In this document: one piece after another, positions 39,890-53,467 of the stretch
Layout of the letters: each line of letters opens with the position of its first letter
Position numbering within the stretch: the stretch's first letter is position 1
Assembly (NCBI GenBank): GCA_965213925.1
Contig: OZ243927.1
Span: 3,456,001 to 3,520,000, forward strand
Origin: Trueperaceae bacterium
GTDB lineage: Bacteria; Deinococcota; Deinococci; Deinococcales; Trueperaceae
DNA: 64,000 bases
Reading direction: 5' to 3'
Notes under the pieces: generated by a model
What the model saw: only the letters and a program-made list of their open reading frames with translations
Database searches by the model: none
Told to the model about the DNA's origin: nothing
Position numbers and translations under genes: made by a program

Positions 39890-40175
39890 AGCACCTCCAG
39901 GGGGTACACCTGAGCTATACCTAACGAGTTAATGGCGTTTTTCGTTAGCGAAGTCTATAATGCGCAGGCTGCCCAATGCTAATACGAATATTATCACAGT
40001 GAGCATCGTGAGGCGCAAGAGGGTGGGGTTAATGAAGAAGTCAGTGACCAAAATTCAGTAGTCAGTAGGCTGCCATGCTGAATTCTGACTACTGGCTACT
40101 CGTGAATGCTGGCTACTCGAAATAAGCAGCTCGAGCCCAAAATCCCCTTCTGCAAATGCTACGATAGAGACAGCC

Positions 40176-42442
40176 ATGTCCGCCATCTACCAACGCGCCC
40201 GCCCCATCACCTTCGCCCAAGTCGTCGGTCAAGACCACGTCAAAAGCGTGCTCAAAGCGGCTCTTGAGCGCGGGCGCATCGGTCACGCCTACCTCTTTTC
40301 GGGACCGCGCGGCGTCGGCAAAACGACGACGGCGCGGCTCTTGGCGATGGCGGTCAACTGTGAGAATGAGGACGTTGCTCAGCGTCCTTGTGGCGAGTGC
40401 GAATCGTGCCTGTTGGTGCGCAGAGGTAATCATCCGGACGTGACCGAGTTGGACGCGGCGTCGAACAATTCGGTTGAAGATATTCGAGATTTAAGAGAAA
40501 AGGTGCGGCTCGCCTCGCTAAGAGGGGGCAAGCGCGTGTGGGTCTTGGATGAGGCGCACATGCTGAGCAAGTCGGCGTCGAACGCGCTTCTCAAGACGCT
40601 CGAGGAGCCCCCGCCCAACCTCGTCTTCATCCTAGCCACCACCGAGCCCGAAAAGCTGCCGCCGACGATTCTCTCGCGCACCCAGCACTTCCGCTTTCGC
40701 CGACTTTCTGAGGGTGAGATTGCAGGCAAGCTCGAGCGGTTATGCCAAGAGGCTGACGTTCCCGCTGAAAAGGACGCCCTCACCTTAGTCGCGAAAGCTG
40801 CCGACGGTGCGATGCGGGACGCGGAGTCGCTTTTAGAACGTCTTCTAACTTCGGGTGAAGCCATCACCCAAGAGGACGCCGAAGCCGCGTTGGGATTGCC
40901 GCCGCAGTCGAGGTTGCAAAATTTGGCGAAGCACCTCATCAACCGCGACTTGAACGCACTTTTTAGCGAAGCGAGCGGTCTCTACACGGACGGTTTTGCG
41001 CCCCGCAGCTTAGCCGAGCGCCTCAAGCTGACCTTGCGCGAAGCGCTTTACACGTCAGTCGGTTTGACGGATGACTTCCGCTTAGACGCCGACCAAGACA
41101 ACCTCTTGCGCGTCATCCACGCCCTCGACGACGAGGCGGAGCGCTTTGTCCGCTATGACGACCTCTTCTCATTGGAAGTCTCCCTCATCAAAGCGATGAA
41201 CGCGCTGTCACACAACGCGCCGAGCGACGCGGTGGCTGACCTCTCTGAGCGTCCACCCGCGCCGAGTCGGGACGGAGCCGCAGCGCAGCCGCCGCCTACA
41301 CGCCCTAGCCTCCCCGACTTCGACCCCGTCGGACGCACGCCGCCTCAACCTCTTTCGAACGGGATTTCGAACAGTGCGGCGGAACGGGCGAGGGAACGTG
41401 CACCTCAGAGAGATGAGCCTCGAGCCGAATCCGCACCACCTCCCCGAAAGGTCAACTGGCACAGCGTCCAGAGCAAAGCCAGCGCCCAACTCAAAGCCTT
41501 TCTGATGCCCGCTAAAACCGACATCGAGGGTCAGGATATCTACTTGCGCTTCGCCGACACGCACAAGTTTCACTTTTCCCAGCTCAAAAGCCGCCAGGGT
41601 GAACTCACCTCTCTGGTGGGCGACGTGTTGGGCGGCGGCTACACGCTGCACATCGAAGGACCAGGGGAGTCGCTTGTAAAAAAGTTGTAGCGGAGCGTGC
41701 CGACGAGGGCGCTCCGCCCAAGTCAGTAGAATCCAAGCCAGTCGAACCCAGGCGAGCAGAACCCATCCGGGCTAAGCGTCAGCAGAGCGAGCCTCAACAG
41801 AACGGGGTTCAGCAACGCGGAGTTCAACAGAGTGCGGCGCAACAACCTGAACCTCGAGCCCCCTCTCAGCAGGTATCCAATCAATCAGAAGTTCAGCCCA
41901 CGGTGAATGAGGTTGAAGCCTCGAGTCCTCCAAAACCACAACCGGAACAACGCCGCGCACCCCCAGGGCGCACGCCCGACACGCCGCCGCCCCGCGTCAA
42001 TCCCGAAGAAACCGCACCCGAACCCAAAGCGACCCCTAGCTCAGGAGAGGAGCCCGTCCCCCCTGCTGAAGACGCGGAGCCCGAGCGCACCGCGTCTGAG
42101 AGTCTTTACGGTGAAGATTTACCGCCCGACTTTTGGGACAGTGACCCTATTGCCGACATTGATGTTAAAGCCGCTACGCAAAGCGAACCCAGACCGGATG
42201 AAGTTGACTTTGAGCCGAGCCGTTCTTCACCTCAACCTTCACGACCTAGAGCGCAACCTAGACAAGAGGTGGTGGGGAAGCTTACTGACGACCCCCGCTT
42301 TGAGGTCATGCAGTCGCTCTTTCCAGGTCAGATCGTCGAATGGCAAGACAGCGAAGAGGTTGCAGACGAAGAGATGAACGAAGAAAGCGCGGATGACCTC
42401 TCGAATGACCCTAACGAGGGCGCTGACGGGTTAGACTTATAG
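40176..42442 (+). CDS. dnaX: DNA polymerase III gamma/tau: 504 aa in frame 0 (to 41690), about 755 aa via -1 frameshift at 41678-41684
   Basis: GPRGVGKTT, CGECESC, DEAHML; A AAA AAG with open -1 frame to 42442. Confidence 0.92.
41663..41717 (+). promoter_or_regulatory. Programmed -1 ribosomal frameshift signal
   Basis: AGGGGAG SD-like, AAAAAAG, then GCGGAGCG...CGCTCCGC stem 5 nt downstream. Confidence 0.8.
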
Positions 42443-42555
42443 CAGGTATCATCTGGTCAGAGTGAACGAAGTTATGCGAAGCAACGCTCTCAGTCAACGA
42501 AGCACTACACAACACGCAGGCTAAGGGATGATGCTTGCGGGCATTCATCTCAGCA
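42440..42555. repeat. MITE-like repeat (inverted relative of 25332-25463)
   Basis: TAGCAGGTATCATCTGGTCAGAGTGAACGAAGTTATGCGAAGCAAC is near-identical to the reverse complement of the 25.4-kb copy. Confidence 0.75.
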
Positions 42556-42591
42556 AAGCGATCAAACATCGGATTTTTAGAGGAGTAACTC

Positions 42592-42903
42592 ATGAACATG
42601 CAAAAGCTGATGAAAGAGGCGCAAAAGGCGCAGAAGAAGATGGCGGAAGCGCAAGAGCGCTTGGCGAACATCTCCGTCGAGGGCAGTGCGGGCGGCGGTT
42701 TGGTCACGGCAACCGCGAGCGGCGACGGCAACATCACGGGCATCAAAATCGACCCGAGCACCGTTGACCCCGAAGACGTCGAGCTGTTAGAAGACCTCGT
42801 CGCGGCCGCCGTCAACGAAGCCCAGCGCAAAGCCAAAGAGGTCCAAGAGGCCGAGATGGGCTCCGCGATGGGCGGTATGGGCGGACTCGGGGGGATGTTT
42901 TAA
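42592..42903 (+). CDS. ybaB: YbaB/EbfC nucleoid-associated protein
   Basis: GSAGGGLV, DVELLEDLVAAAVNEA; between dnaX and recR. Confidence 0.93.
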   Translation: MNMQKLMKEAQKAQKKMAEAQERLANISVEGSAGGGLVTATASGDGNITGIKIDPSTVDPEDVELLEDLVAAAVNEAQRKAKEVQEAEMGSAMGGMGGLGGMF

Positions 42904-43081
42904 GGGAGGTGCGCGAAAGCGTCTCAGCACTTCAGCTAGTCAGCATTTCAGGTTTTCCTGACTAGCTGAAGTGCTGACATAGGCGAGCATCTCAGATGCT
43001 GAGGCTTTCAGCCTTGACCTATGCTGAGATGCTTCCTTCGCTCAAGTTCAAACATATGCTTCCTTTTGACAGGTATCCATC

Positions 43082-43672
43082 TTGAAATATCCACCTGCTT
43101 TAATCCAACTCATTCGCGAACTCGGGCGGCTCCCCGGCGTCGGTCCTAAGAGCGCCCAGCGTCTTGCCTTTCACCTCTTTAACCAGCCCGAAGAGGATGT
43201 GAAGGGGCTCGCACAAGCCCTCTTAAACGCGAAGGGCTCACTTAAACAGTGCGAGGTCTGCTTTAACATCACCGACCAAGAGGTCTGCTCGATCTGCCAG
43301 GACGCGCAGCGCGAGCGCGGGCTCATCTGCGTGGTGGAGGAACCCGCCGACCTTTTAGCGATTGAGCGTAGCGGCGAGTACGGCGGGCTCTACCACGTCC
43401 TGCACGGCGCACTCTCGCCCATGAACGGCGTCGGACCCGACCAACTCACGATTCAACCTCTCTTAACGCGGCTCAATGATATCGACGAGGTCATCTTAGC
43501 GACTGCGACGACGGTTGAAGGCGAAGCAACGGCGATGTATTTAGGACGATTACTCAAGGAAATCGGCGTGGGAACGTCGCGTATCGGTTATGGGCTGCCC
43601 GTAGGCGGTGACTTGGAGTACGCCGACGAAGTTACGCTGGGACGCGCCATTACCAACCGCCGAATGTTGTAG
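43082..43672 (+). CDS. recR: Recombination mediator RecR
   Basis: LPGVGPKSAQRLA, C4 zinc finger, GGDLEYADEVTL. Confidence 0.96.
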   Translation: MKYPPALIQLIRELGRLPGVGPKSAQRLAFHLFNQPEEDVKGLAQALLNAKGSLKQCEVCFNITDQEVCSICQDAQRERGLICVVEEPADLLAIERSGEYGGLYHVLHGALSPMNGVGPDQLTIQPLLTRLNDIDEVILATATTVEGEATAMYLGRLLKEIGVGTSRIGYGLPVGGDLEYADEVTLGRAITNRRML

Positions 43673-43687
43673 ATTCGCGATCTTATA

Positions 43688-43798
43688 TAGCAAGTATCAT
43701 TTGGTTTGAGCCAATCTTAGAGGAGAGAGCACGGCTTAGCGCGCACTTTAAGGAATGATACTTGCGTGATTCAAACTCAGTATTTACGTTAATTGCTT
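43688..43798. repeat. MITE-like repeat (relative of 25474-25555)
   Basis: TAGCAAGTATCATTTGGTTTG...AATGATACTTGC. Confidence 0.6.
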
Positions 43799-43854
43799 TA
43801 GTTCAATTGCCAGTGGAGCGAAGTAGATGTCTCGCTCCATTTCTATTGGAAGGT

Positions 43855-44613
43855 TTATCTCGAGGTATACCCCCCATCAACAGGCAACGCTACGCCGGTG
43901 ATAAAGCGGGCTTCATCGCTCGCCAGGAAGAGGGCGGCGTTGGCAACGTCCACAGGTTCAGGTGCGCCGGGAATCGGGTTCATCGTCGTGAACTGCTTGC
44001 GTTGCGCTTCGGGGTTCTCGCTGTTTTCAATAAAGTGCTCGACCAGCGGTGTCATGATGCCCGTCGGACAGATGGCGCAGCAGCGGATATGCTTATCAGC
44101 GTATTCCATCGCGGCGGCTTTGGTAAGTTGAATGACGCCACCCTTTGAAGCGGAGTAGGGAGGAATACCAGGAAAGCCAACGAGCCCCGCCGTCGAACCC
44201 ATGTTGATGACGACGCCCCCGTCACCATGCCCTAACATCGCGCTCACCCCATACTTCAACCCGTAGAAGACACCGTCCATATTGATGCTCATGACCTTGC
44301 GCCAGTTCTCCAGGCTCGAGGCAGCCGTAGGCGCTTGCTCACCATCGATGCCTGCGTTGTTGACCAAAACGTCCAAGCGTCCGAAGTGGTCCGTAGTCTC
44401 TTTGACCATTCTCTCAACAGAGCTAGCGTCGGTAACGTCAACCTGTACGAACAACCCTTCATGAAGCGATGACGCAACCTCTTGCCCCTTCTCTTCATTG
44501 AGGTCAGCGACGACGACGCGAGCGCCCTCTTCGCTGAAGCGTCGGGCGATGGCTGCGCCTAAACCGGAGGCGCCACCCGTGATGAGGGCGATTTTGGACT
44601 CGAGTCTACTCAT
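43855..44613 (-). CDS. SDR oxidoreductase
   Basis: TGGASGLG, NNAG, YSASK. Confidence 0.92.
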   Translation of the reverse strand: MSRLESKIALITGGASGLGAAIARRFSEEGARVVVADLNEEKGQEVASSLHEGLFVQVDVTDASSVERMVKETTDHFGRLDVLVNNAGIDGEQAPTAASSLENWRKVMSINMDGVFYGLKYGVSAMLGHGDGGVVINMGSTAGLVGFPGIPPYSASKGGVIQLTKAAAMEYADKHIRCCAICPTGIMTPLVEHFIENSENPEAQRKQFTTMNPIPGAPEPVDVANAALFLASDEARFITGVALPVDGGYTSR

Positions 44614-44965
44614 ATCAGTTCCCTTCTTGCTCGAAGATGTGGCGGACGAAGTCTATTGAGTTGCTAAACGTGAAACTCACCTTAAAGGAATCCTCTGCGG
44701 AAGACTCCTGTGTACTCGACTTTGCTCTCTCAAATTATCGACGGGACAAGCTGTAGAGATGACGCAACCTAGCATTTTAAAGTGTGTTTTAGCTTAGGGA
44801 ACAACTGTTTAGCTCGAGTTAGTGACCTCGAGTGGCACAGCAGCCTCTTTTCGAACACAGCGCCAGTCTTTGTAGAGAGTAATCCATCTCACATAATAGC
44901 GTTTGAAACGCTCCATGAGAAGTTCTCCACTCACGTGAAGTTCGTCACGTTCGTATGATAGGGCG

Positions 44966-44993
44966 TTGACAAATCGTGTGGGCTCTTTATAAT
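44966..44993 (+). promoter_or_regulatory. Sigma70-type promoter of topA
   Basis: TTGACA-16 nt-TATAAT, followed by GGAGG RBS. Confidence 0.75.
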
Positions 44994-45013
44994 AACGTCG
45001 CAATTGGAGGAGA

Positions 45014-47941
<2,928 letters not shown>

Positions 47942-48066
47942 GATTTTGAAAGGGGCTTACGCAGTTTTGGCTTCGTCAAGGGAATCACCCCTGCACGTGG
48001 GAGCTACATGATGTTTTGCCTACTGAGAGCGTTCATGAACAGTTCCGAGCGTGAGCGAGCCCGACT

Positions 48067-48348
48067 TTGATACCGGCTGAACCCCTGAACCTCATTAGCC
48101 TCGCCAAGTCGGGCGCGGGTGAAGTTCAAGAGGTTCCACAGACTGACTTTAGAGTGCAGGTGCTTACCGAGCCGCAACCTCTTGTTTTAGAGGATGATGT
48201 GTGGCTTTTGGTGCTCGGGGGCGACCTCATCATCGACTTGCCCCACGGCGACTTTAGAACGCTCAAAAAAGGGGACAGTTTGCGGTTAAGGGCTCCCTTA
48301 GAAATGACGCTGACGCCGCTCGAGGAAACGGTTATTTTGCAGCGATGA
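48067..48348 (+). CDS. Small cupin-like protein
   Basis: GDLIIDLPHGDFRTL..GDSL. Confidence 0.6.
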   Translation: MIPAEPLNLISLAKSGAGEVQEVPQTDFRVQVLTEPQPLVLEDDVWLLVLGGDLIIDLPHGDFRTLKKGDSLRLRAPLEMTLTPLEETVILQR

Positions 48349-48628
48349 GGTTAGCAGCAGAGGCGGCGGCAAGGACCTTCCTCCATCGGCACTTCCCCGA
48401 CTGCCTCTTATAGGCTGACAGTTCTAGGCTGACAGCGTCGCCTCGAGTTCGCGTTTCAAGAGGTCCTCGAGGCTCTGGGGAGACACGACTTGGACGCTCT
48501 TACAGCTCGCGCACAATTGCCAAAAGCCTAGCCGTGCGGTCTGTGCCTGCCAATCCTTGATGGAGGTCGTCGCGTGCCCTCGAAGAGAGTCAGCGGTTCA
48601 GCTAAACAGGGGGCAAACGGAGTGATGT

Positions 48629-48657
48629 AAAAAGCTCGGCTTTTGCCGAGCTTTTTT
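48629..48657. terminator. Intrinsic terminator after tRNA-Ile (bidirectional form)
   Basis: AAAAAGCTCGGC-TTTT-GCCGAGCTTTTT. Confidence 0.8.
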
Positions 48658-48659
48658 AA

Positions 48660-48733
48660 TGAGCGATGGTGGATTTGAACCACCGACCTCGTCGTTATCA
48701 GCGACGCGCTCTAACCAACTGAGCTAATCGCTC
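48660..48733 (-). tRNA. tRNA-Ile(GAT), CCA not encoded
   Basis: GAGCGATTAGCTCAGTTGGTTAGAGCGCGTCGCT-GAT-AACGACGAGGTCGGTGGTTCAAATCCACCATCGCTCA. Confidence 0.95.
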
Positions 48734-48907
48734 CCAAACAGAAAAAGAGTCTAGCACAGGGCTCCTCGCGGGGTCAAGCCCAAAAGCGGCAGCTTGAGCG
48801 AGCTTCACCGCAAGCCCGCCCCAAAAATAGCGCGTCCACTCTTGCTATACTCTGAGGCGTTATGCAGCAAACAACGACATATCAGGTTACTCGGAAGGGG
48901 TACTCAC

Positions 48908-50104
48908 GTGGCGAAACTTAAAAGGATTCTGAGCGAGTTCTTGCTCGGCTTGGAGAAGGACTTTCACACCTTCCGCCGCCAGTTCAACCGCTTCCGGCGT
49001 GACCGCCCCTTTGACATCGTGCCGTACCTCTCCTACGGCTCGGCTTCGCGCGTCTACCTCAAGGGGCGCGTGACGGAGGACAAGAGCCTCGCCGTCGTCA
49101 CGCCCGACACCCCACGCTGGCGCAACTTCGTCAATACCTACAAGCGCTTCGTCAACGACAAGGTGCCTAACGCCCGCTTGGAAATCGACTTCGCAGGGCT
49201 CAAGCACGAGGTCACCACGGACGTTAAAGGCTACTACGAAACCTGGCTCGAGCCCCCTCCCGACTTCACCCCGCAGGACTGGCAAGAGGTCACCCTCACC
49301 CTTTTGGAGCCGCGCCGTGAGGGGATGGAACCGGCAGTCGCGACGGGCTCCGTCCTCTTCCCCTCGCAGAGTGCGCAGTTCGGCGTGATCAGCGACATGG
49401 ACGATACCGTCATCCAGACCGACGTGACCAAGTGGCTGCGCGTAGTTGGTACGGTTCTGTTCGGCAACGCCTACACGCGCTTGCCGTTTAAGGGCGTGGC
49501 GGCCTTTTACACCGCGCTGCAACAGGGCACGCGGGGCGGACATAACCCGCTCTTTTACGTCTCCAGTAGTCCTTGGAACCTCTACGACCTCATCTTGCGC
49601 CTCCTCAGAATCGAGGGCATCCCTTTGGGTCCCATTATGCTCCGCAACTGGCGCGGCGGCGGCGGCGAACTCTTCCCGAGTGAGCACGGCTCGTTCAAAA
49701 AGGGCGAGGTGCAGCGCATCTTAGAAACCTATAGCGACTTGGCCTTTATCTTGATCGGCGACTCCGGCGAGCAGGACCCCGAGATTTATAGCGACATCGT
49801 CGCGAGCTATCCGGGGCGCATCTTGGCGGTTTACATCCGCAACGTCAGCGAGAATGAGACGAGGGCAACGTCAATTCGTACGCTCGCGGAGAACGTGCAG
49901 ACGCACGGCAGCAAACTCGTGCTTGCCGACGACACCCTAGCCGCCGCCAAACACGCCGCCACCGAGGGCTGGATTTTAGAGAGCGCCCTGCCAAAGATTC
50001 GCGACCAGAAAACGAAACACGACGCGCTCTTCGAAGAGCACGAAGAGACGGTCGCGACCGTTTACGATACCTCATCCGACGTTCAACCCCTCGAGACCCG
50101 TTGA
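48908..50104 (+). CDS. App1/DUF2183 phosphatidate phosphatase-like protein
   Basis: ISDMDDT, YVSSSPWNLY, LIGDSGEQDPEIY. Confidence 0.88.
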   Translation: MAKLKRILSEFLLGLEKDFHTFRRQFNRFRRDRPFDIVPYLSYGSASRVYLKGRVTEDKSLAVVTPDTPRWRNFVNTYKRFVNDKVPNARLEIDFAGLKHEVTTDVKGYYETWLEPPPDFTPQDWQEVTLTLLEPRREGMEPAVATGSVLFPSQSAQFGVISDMDDTVIQTDVTKWLRVVGTVLFGNAYTRLPFKGVAAFYTALQQGTRGGHNPLFYVSSSPWNLYDLILRLLRIEGIPLGPIMLRNWRGGGGELFPSEHGSFKKGEVQRILETYSDLAFILIGDSGEQDPEIYSDIVASYPGRILAVYIRNVSENETRATSIRTLAENVQTHGSKLVLADDTLAAAKHAATEGWILESALPKIRDQKTKHDALFEEHEETVATVYDTSSDVQPLETR

Positions 50105-50351
50105 GGTGCGCTTTCGAGAACGTCTCTAGTGACTTAGAGGACTTTGGGGCAACGGCTCTACGGAACGACGCTGGTGTCAAAGCGAGGGGTTTCAACCCCT
50201 TGCTCATCGCGTGGAGACAGCGGAAGGAGAATACGGCAGCATCGGGCGTAGAACCACTACCGGAATCCGTATCAGAGGGGTGAACGCGGCTCCTCCATTC
50301 AAGAGGGGCAATAGTAAGACACATCTCAATTGCCTTAAAACGAAGCGTTGA

Positions 50352-50512
50352 TAGCAGTTCCAAAAATACTGAGACAGATGAGCGCAGATCTCAGTTCGAA
50401 GAACTAGCGTTACGGGCAAGCCGCCCTGCCGTTGCGGGATTTCATCTCAGAATGTGCGTGCTAAACGATGCTCTTTATAGTAAGAGCGTCTCAGATCAGG
50501 TGATACCTGCTA
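50352..50512. repeat. MITE-like repeat
   Basis: TAGCAGTTCC...TACTGAGACAGATGAGCGCAG...TGATACCTGCTA, collinear with 25332-25463. Confidence 0.7.
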
Positions 50513-50590
50513 TGATACTATGACGTTCCTCACGAATAATAGATATAACATCGTAATAAAAATAGCGACACGAACGACATGGAGGGTAGC

Positions 50591-51706
50591 ATGGCAAGCT
50601 GGAAAAGAGCGATTCACAACCTCGAGGTCCGCGTAGACCGCTTCCGCAACGAGCTTAAAAACCGCTACAGCGACGACCCCGTAACCGTCCAGCCCTATAT
50701 CGGCTACGGCACGAAGGAGCGCCTTTACGTGCGCGGTCGCGTGTTGGAGGAAAAGGCGCTCTCCCAAGCAGACGCCGACGCCTCCGCCTGGGAGAACTTC
50801 GGCAGCGCCTGGAAGCGCTTCCGGAGCGAAGAGGTGCCCAAAGCCCGCGTGAAACTCCGCCTGAGCGGGCGCGAGCACGAAACGACGACCGACGACGAAG
50901 GGTTTTTCTCGCTCTGGCTCGAAGCGCCTACGCCACTGCCGCCGAGCGACGAAGGGTTTTACCACGTGGAGGCGGAACTCTTAGAACCGCTGCGCGGCTC
51001 CACGCCGCCCGAACTCGCGCGCGTCCCCGTCGCCGTGCCCGAAGAAAACGCGCAGTTCGGCATCATCAGCGACATGGACGACACCGTGTTGCAAACCGGC
51101 GCGACCAACGTCATCGGCATGGCGAAAAAGGTGCTCTTCGGCAACGCGAAGACGCGCGTCCCCTTCGAGGGCGTGTCCGCCTTTTACGACGCGCTCCAAC
51201 ACGAACAGAACCCAATTTTTTACGTGTCCAGTAGCCCCTGGAACCTCTACGACTTGCTCGTCGAATTTTTAGAGACCAACGACATCCCGGTCGGTCCTAT
51301 CATGCTCCGCGACTGGGGCATCTCCCCTACCGAACTCCTACCGACCTCGCACAGCGGTCACAAGCGTGAGGCGCTCGACCAGATTTTAGAGACCTACCCC
51401 GACCTGCCCTTCATCTTGATCGGCGACAGCGGGCAAGAGGACCCCGAAATCTACCAGAGCGTCGTCCACGACTATCCGGGGCGCATCTTAGGCGTCTATA
51501 TCCGCAGCGTCCACGAGGAGGAGGAGCGCAGTGAAAAGATTCAGACGCTCGCCCAAGAGGTTGAGAAAGCGGGCAGCCACCTCGTCTTGGCGAAAGACAC
51601 CCTGCAAGCGGCGGAGCACGCGGCGGCGCAGGGCTGGATCAGCATGGAGAGCATCGCGGAGGTAGGGCGCAGGAAGACGCGGGACGAACAAGAGGTATCG
51701 CTCTAG
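50591..51706 (+). CDS. Second App1/DUF2183 paralogue
   Basis: ISDMDDT, YVSSSPWNLY, LIGDSGQEDPEIY. Confidence 0.88.
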   Translation: MASWKRAIHNLEVRVDRFRNELKNRYSDDPVTVQPYIGYGTKERLYVRGRVLEEKALSQADADASAWENFGSAWKRFRSEEVPKARVKLRLSGREHETTTDDEGFFSLWLEAPTPLPPSDEGFYHVEAELLEPLRGSTPPELARVPVAVPEENAQFGIISDMDDTVLQTGATNVIGMAKKVLFGNAKTRVPFEGVSAFYDALQHEQNPIFYVSSSPWNLYDLLVEFLETNDIPVGPIMLRDWGISPTELLPTSHSGHKREALDQILETYPDLPFILIGDSGQEDPEIYQSVVHDYPGRILGVYIRSVHEEEERSEKIQTLAQEVEKAGSHLVLAKDTLQAAEHAAAQGWISMESIAEVGRRKTRDEQEVSL

Positions 51707-51731
51707 CACGCCCAGCGGTTAAAATCGGCTC

Positions 51732-52490
51732 ATGCAAAGCGCTCCGGCAGAATTTACCGCCACCGAGTCGTACGTAAACCAGCGGCGCAGGGTGGCACGC
51801 CTGACGGTCTTCTCCATCACCGTTCTATGCGCCCTCCTCTGCGCTGTGTCGCTCGTCACCTCAGTTTTGGCGCTTCGAAGCGGCGACCTCGTGCCCGGCG
51901 CGATTTTTCTAGGTTTGTTCGCGCTCGCGCTCTTCCCCATCGTCTCGAGCCAAAACCTCTACAACCGCCTAGTCGGGCAACTCGGGCAACGCCGCGTCAC
52001 CCTAGAGCGCAAGAGGCTCGTAGACGCTACTGTTCAGAAGACCAGAAGCGTCGCGCTTAAAGACGTCAAGCGGCTCGAGGTCTTGAGGAGCCGCCAAGGC
52101 GAGCTGCTCGCGTTTAACGTGCAGACAGAAACGAGCACGCTGAGCTTCGCGGGCTTAGAGGATATGGACGCGCTGCGGGAGGCGCTCTCGGGTTTGAGTC
52201 ACGTGGACGTGACGGAAGAGACCAAGTGGCTCCCCTTCAGACATACCGAACCTCAATTCGCCTTTTATATCGGCGCGGGCGCACTTCTTTTGGCGCTCAG
52301 TGAGCTGCTCGCGCCGACGATGCGCCCGTCGCTCTTCACGATTGCGATTACATGCTGGTTTATCGCTTACGGCGTGCTCGAGCTGGTTCGGAGCACGAAC
52401 GCCGACACGCAGTACCTCCGCGAGAGGCGGCGGGGCAGCTTTACGTTTATTATTTTAGGGGCGCTGTTGTTGGCGCTCGAGTGGGTCTAG
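51732..52490 (+). CDS. Hypothetical membrane protein
   Basis: 2 TM + soluble beta-rich segment + 3 TM. Confidence 0.7.
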   Translation: MQSAPAEFTATESYVNQRRRVARLTVFSITVLCALLCAVSLVTSVLALRSGDLVPGAIFLGLFALALFPIVSSQNLYNRLVGQLGQRRVTLERKRLVDATVQKTRSVALKDVKRLEVLRSRQGELLAFNVQTETSTLSFAGLEDMDALREALSGLSHVDVTEETKWLPFRHTEPQFAFYIGAGALLLALSELLAPTMRPSLFTIAITCWFIAYGVLELVRSTNADTQYLRERRRGSFTFIILGALLLALEWV

Positions 52491-52623
52491 CCGTCTTTGC
52501 AGATCGGCATCTGTAGGAACTAAACATCTCGCTGAGCCAATTTTCCTACATCTTCATTCGCTACAGGAACAGCGTGATAGTTTTAGTCGATTTAGCGTCT
52601 CTCACCGCTAAACTAAGCACACT

Positions 52624-53430
52624 GTGTTCAGTAGTGGTGAGACTCGAGAATTTCGCATATCGCAAGAGCACATAGATCAGCGCCTAAAGTTGATGAGGAT
52701 TCTAACGACGACCTATGGTTTAGGCGCGCTCTTTCTGACAGGCATGTCGATTTACTACGCGATCGACATGGTGATGTTTAACTTGCGAGTCGGCTACGGC
52801 TTCACCTGGTCTGACCTCCCCTTCTTCCTCATTCTCGCAGCGCTGCCCATCTCTGTGTTCACGATGTTTATATTTGCACACAGATTCAACGCATGGATGC
52901 TCAGTAAGCTCGAGGGGCAGCGTATCAGATTTACGGAAAGCGGCGTCCAGCGGCAAAACCGTAAGCAGCAAGAGGCTATCCTCTACAGCGATATTAAAGA
53001 GGTTTACGTCAAGAGAGATCACCGAGGCGACCTTGCGCGGCTTAACTTGAGAACAGAGACGCAAGACCACACCTTTGATGGGCTTGAAGACTTTGAGGTG
53101 TTTCTGCAAAGCTTACAGGACAAGCTCTTCAAAGCGAGTGTTCATGAGCATAGGTCGTGGTGGCACGGTCTCGACAGGATTACGAACGAAAACTTCCGGC
53201 TCTATATAACAGTATGTATTGCATTAGGACTTGTCACTATCTTTCTCCAAAGCGCGTTTCCTCCTCTAATTTTCAACCTTCTTCAGGCACTTTTCACCGT
53301 GACTATCGCAATTTTCGCGCTTCTTAAACGCCCTATCTTTAACGGAATCGCTAGTGCGAATGCGCAAAGAAGATACAACGCCATTCTTCTTTTACTCGGC
53401 GCTGCCATGCTCGCCATCATCTTTTTCTAA
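52624..53430 (+). CDS. Hypothetical membrane protein, same architecture as its neighbour
   Basis: Shares D(V/I)K...R...G.L...N..TET....F.GLED with 51732-52490. Confidence 0.7.
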   Translation: MFSSGETREFRISQEHIDQRLKLMRILTTTYGLGALFLTGMSIYYAIDMVMFNLRVGYGFTWSDLPFFLILAALPISVFTMFIFAHRFNAWMLSKLEGQRIRFTESGVQRQNRKQQEAILYSDIKEVYVKRDHRGDLARLNLRTETQDHTFDGLEDFEVFLQSLQDKLFKASVHEHRSWWHGLDRITNENFRLYITVCIALGLVTIFLQSAFPPLIFNLLQALFTVTIAIFALLKRPIFNGIASANAQRRYNAILLLLGAAMLAIIFF

Positions 53431-53467
53431 AGACGAGTCAAATGCGCCTTTCTCGGTATAGTAAAGC

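Noticed and set aside
48470..48560. Arm-like GCTCGCGCACAAT near tRNA-Ile, or an HTH gene remnant (RTARLLAIVREL*) on the minus strand
   Set aside because: No core or second arm, and the peptide is too short to assign.
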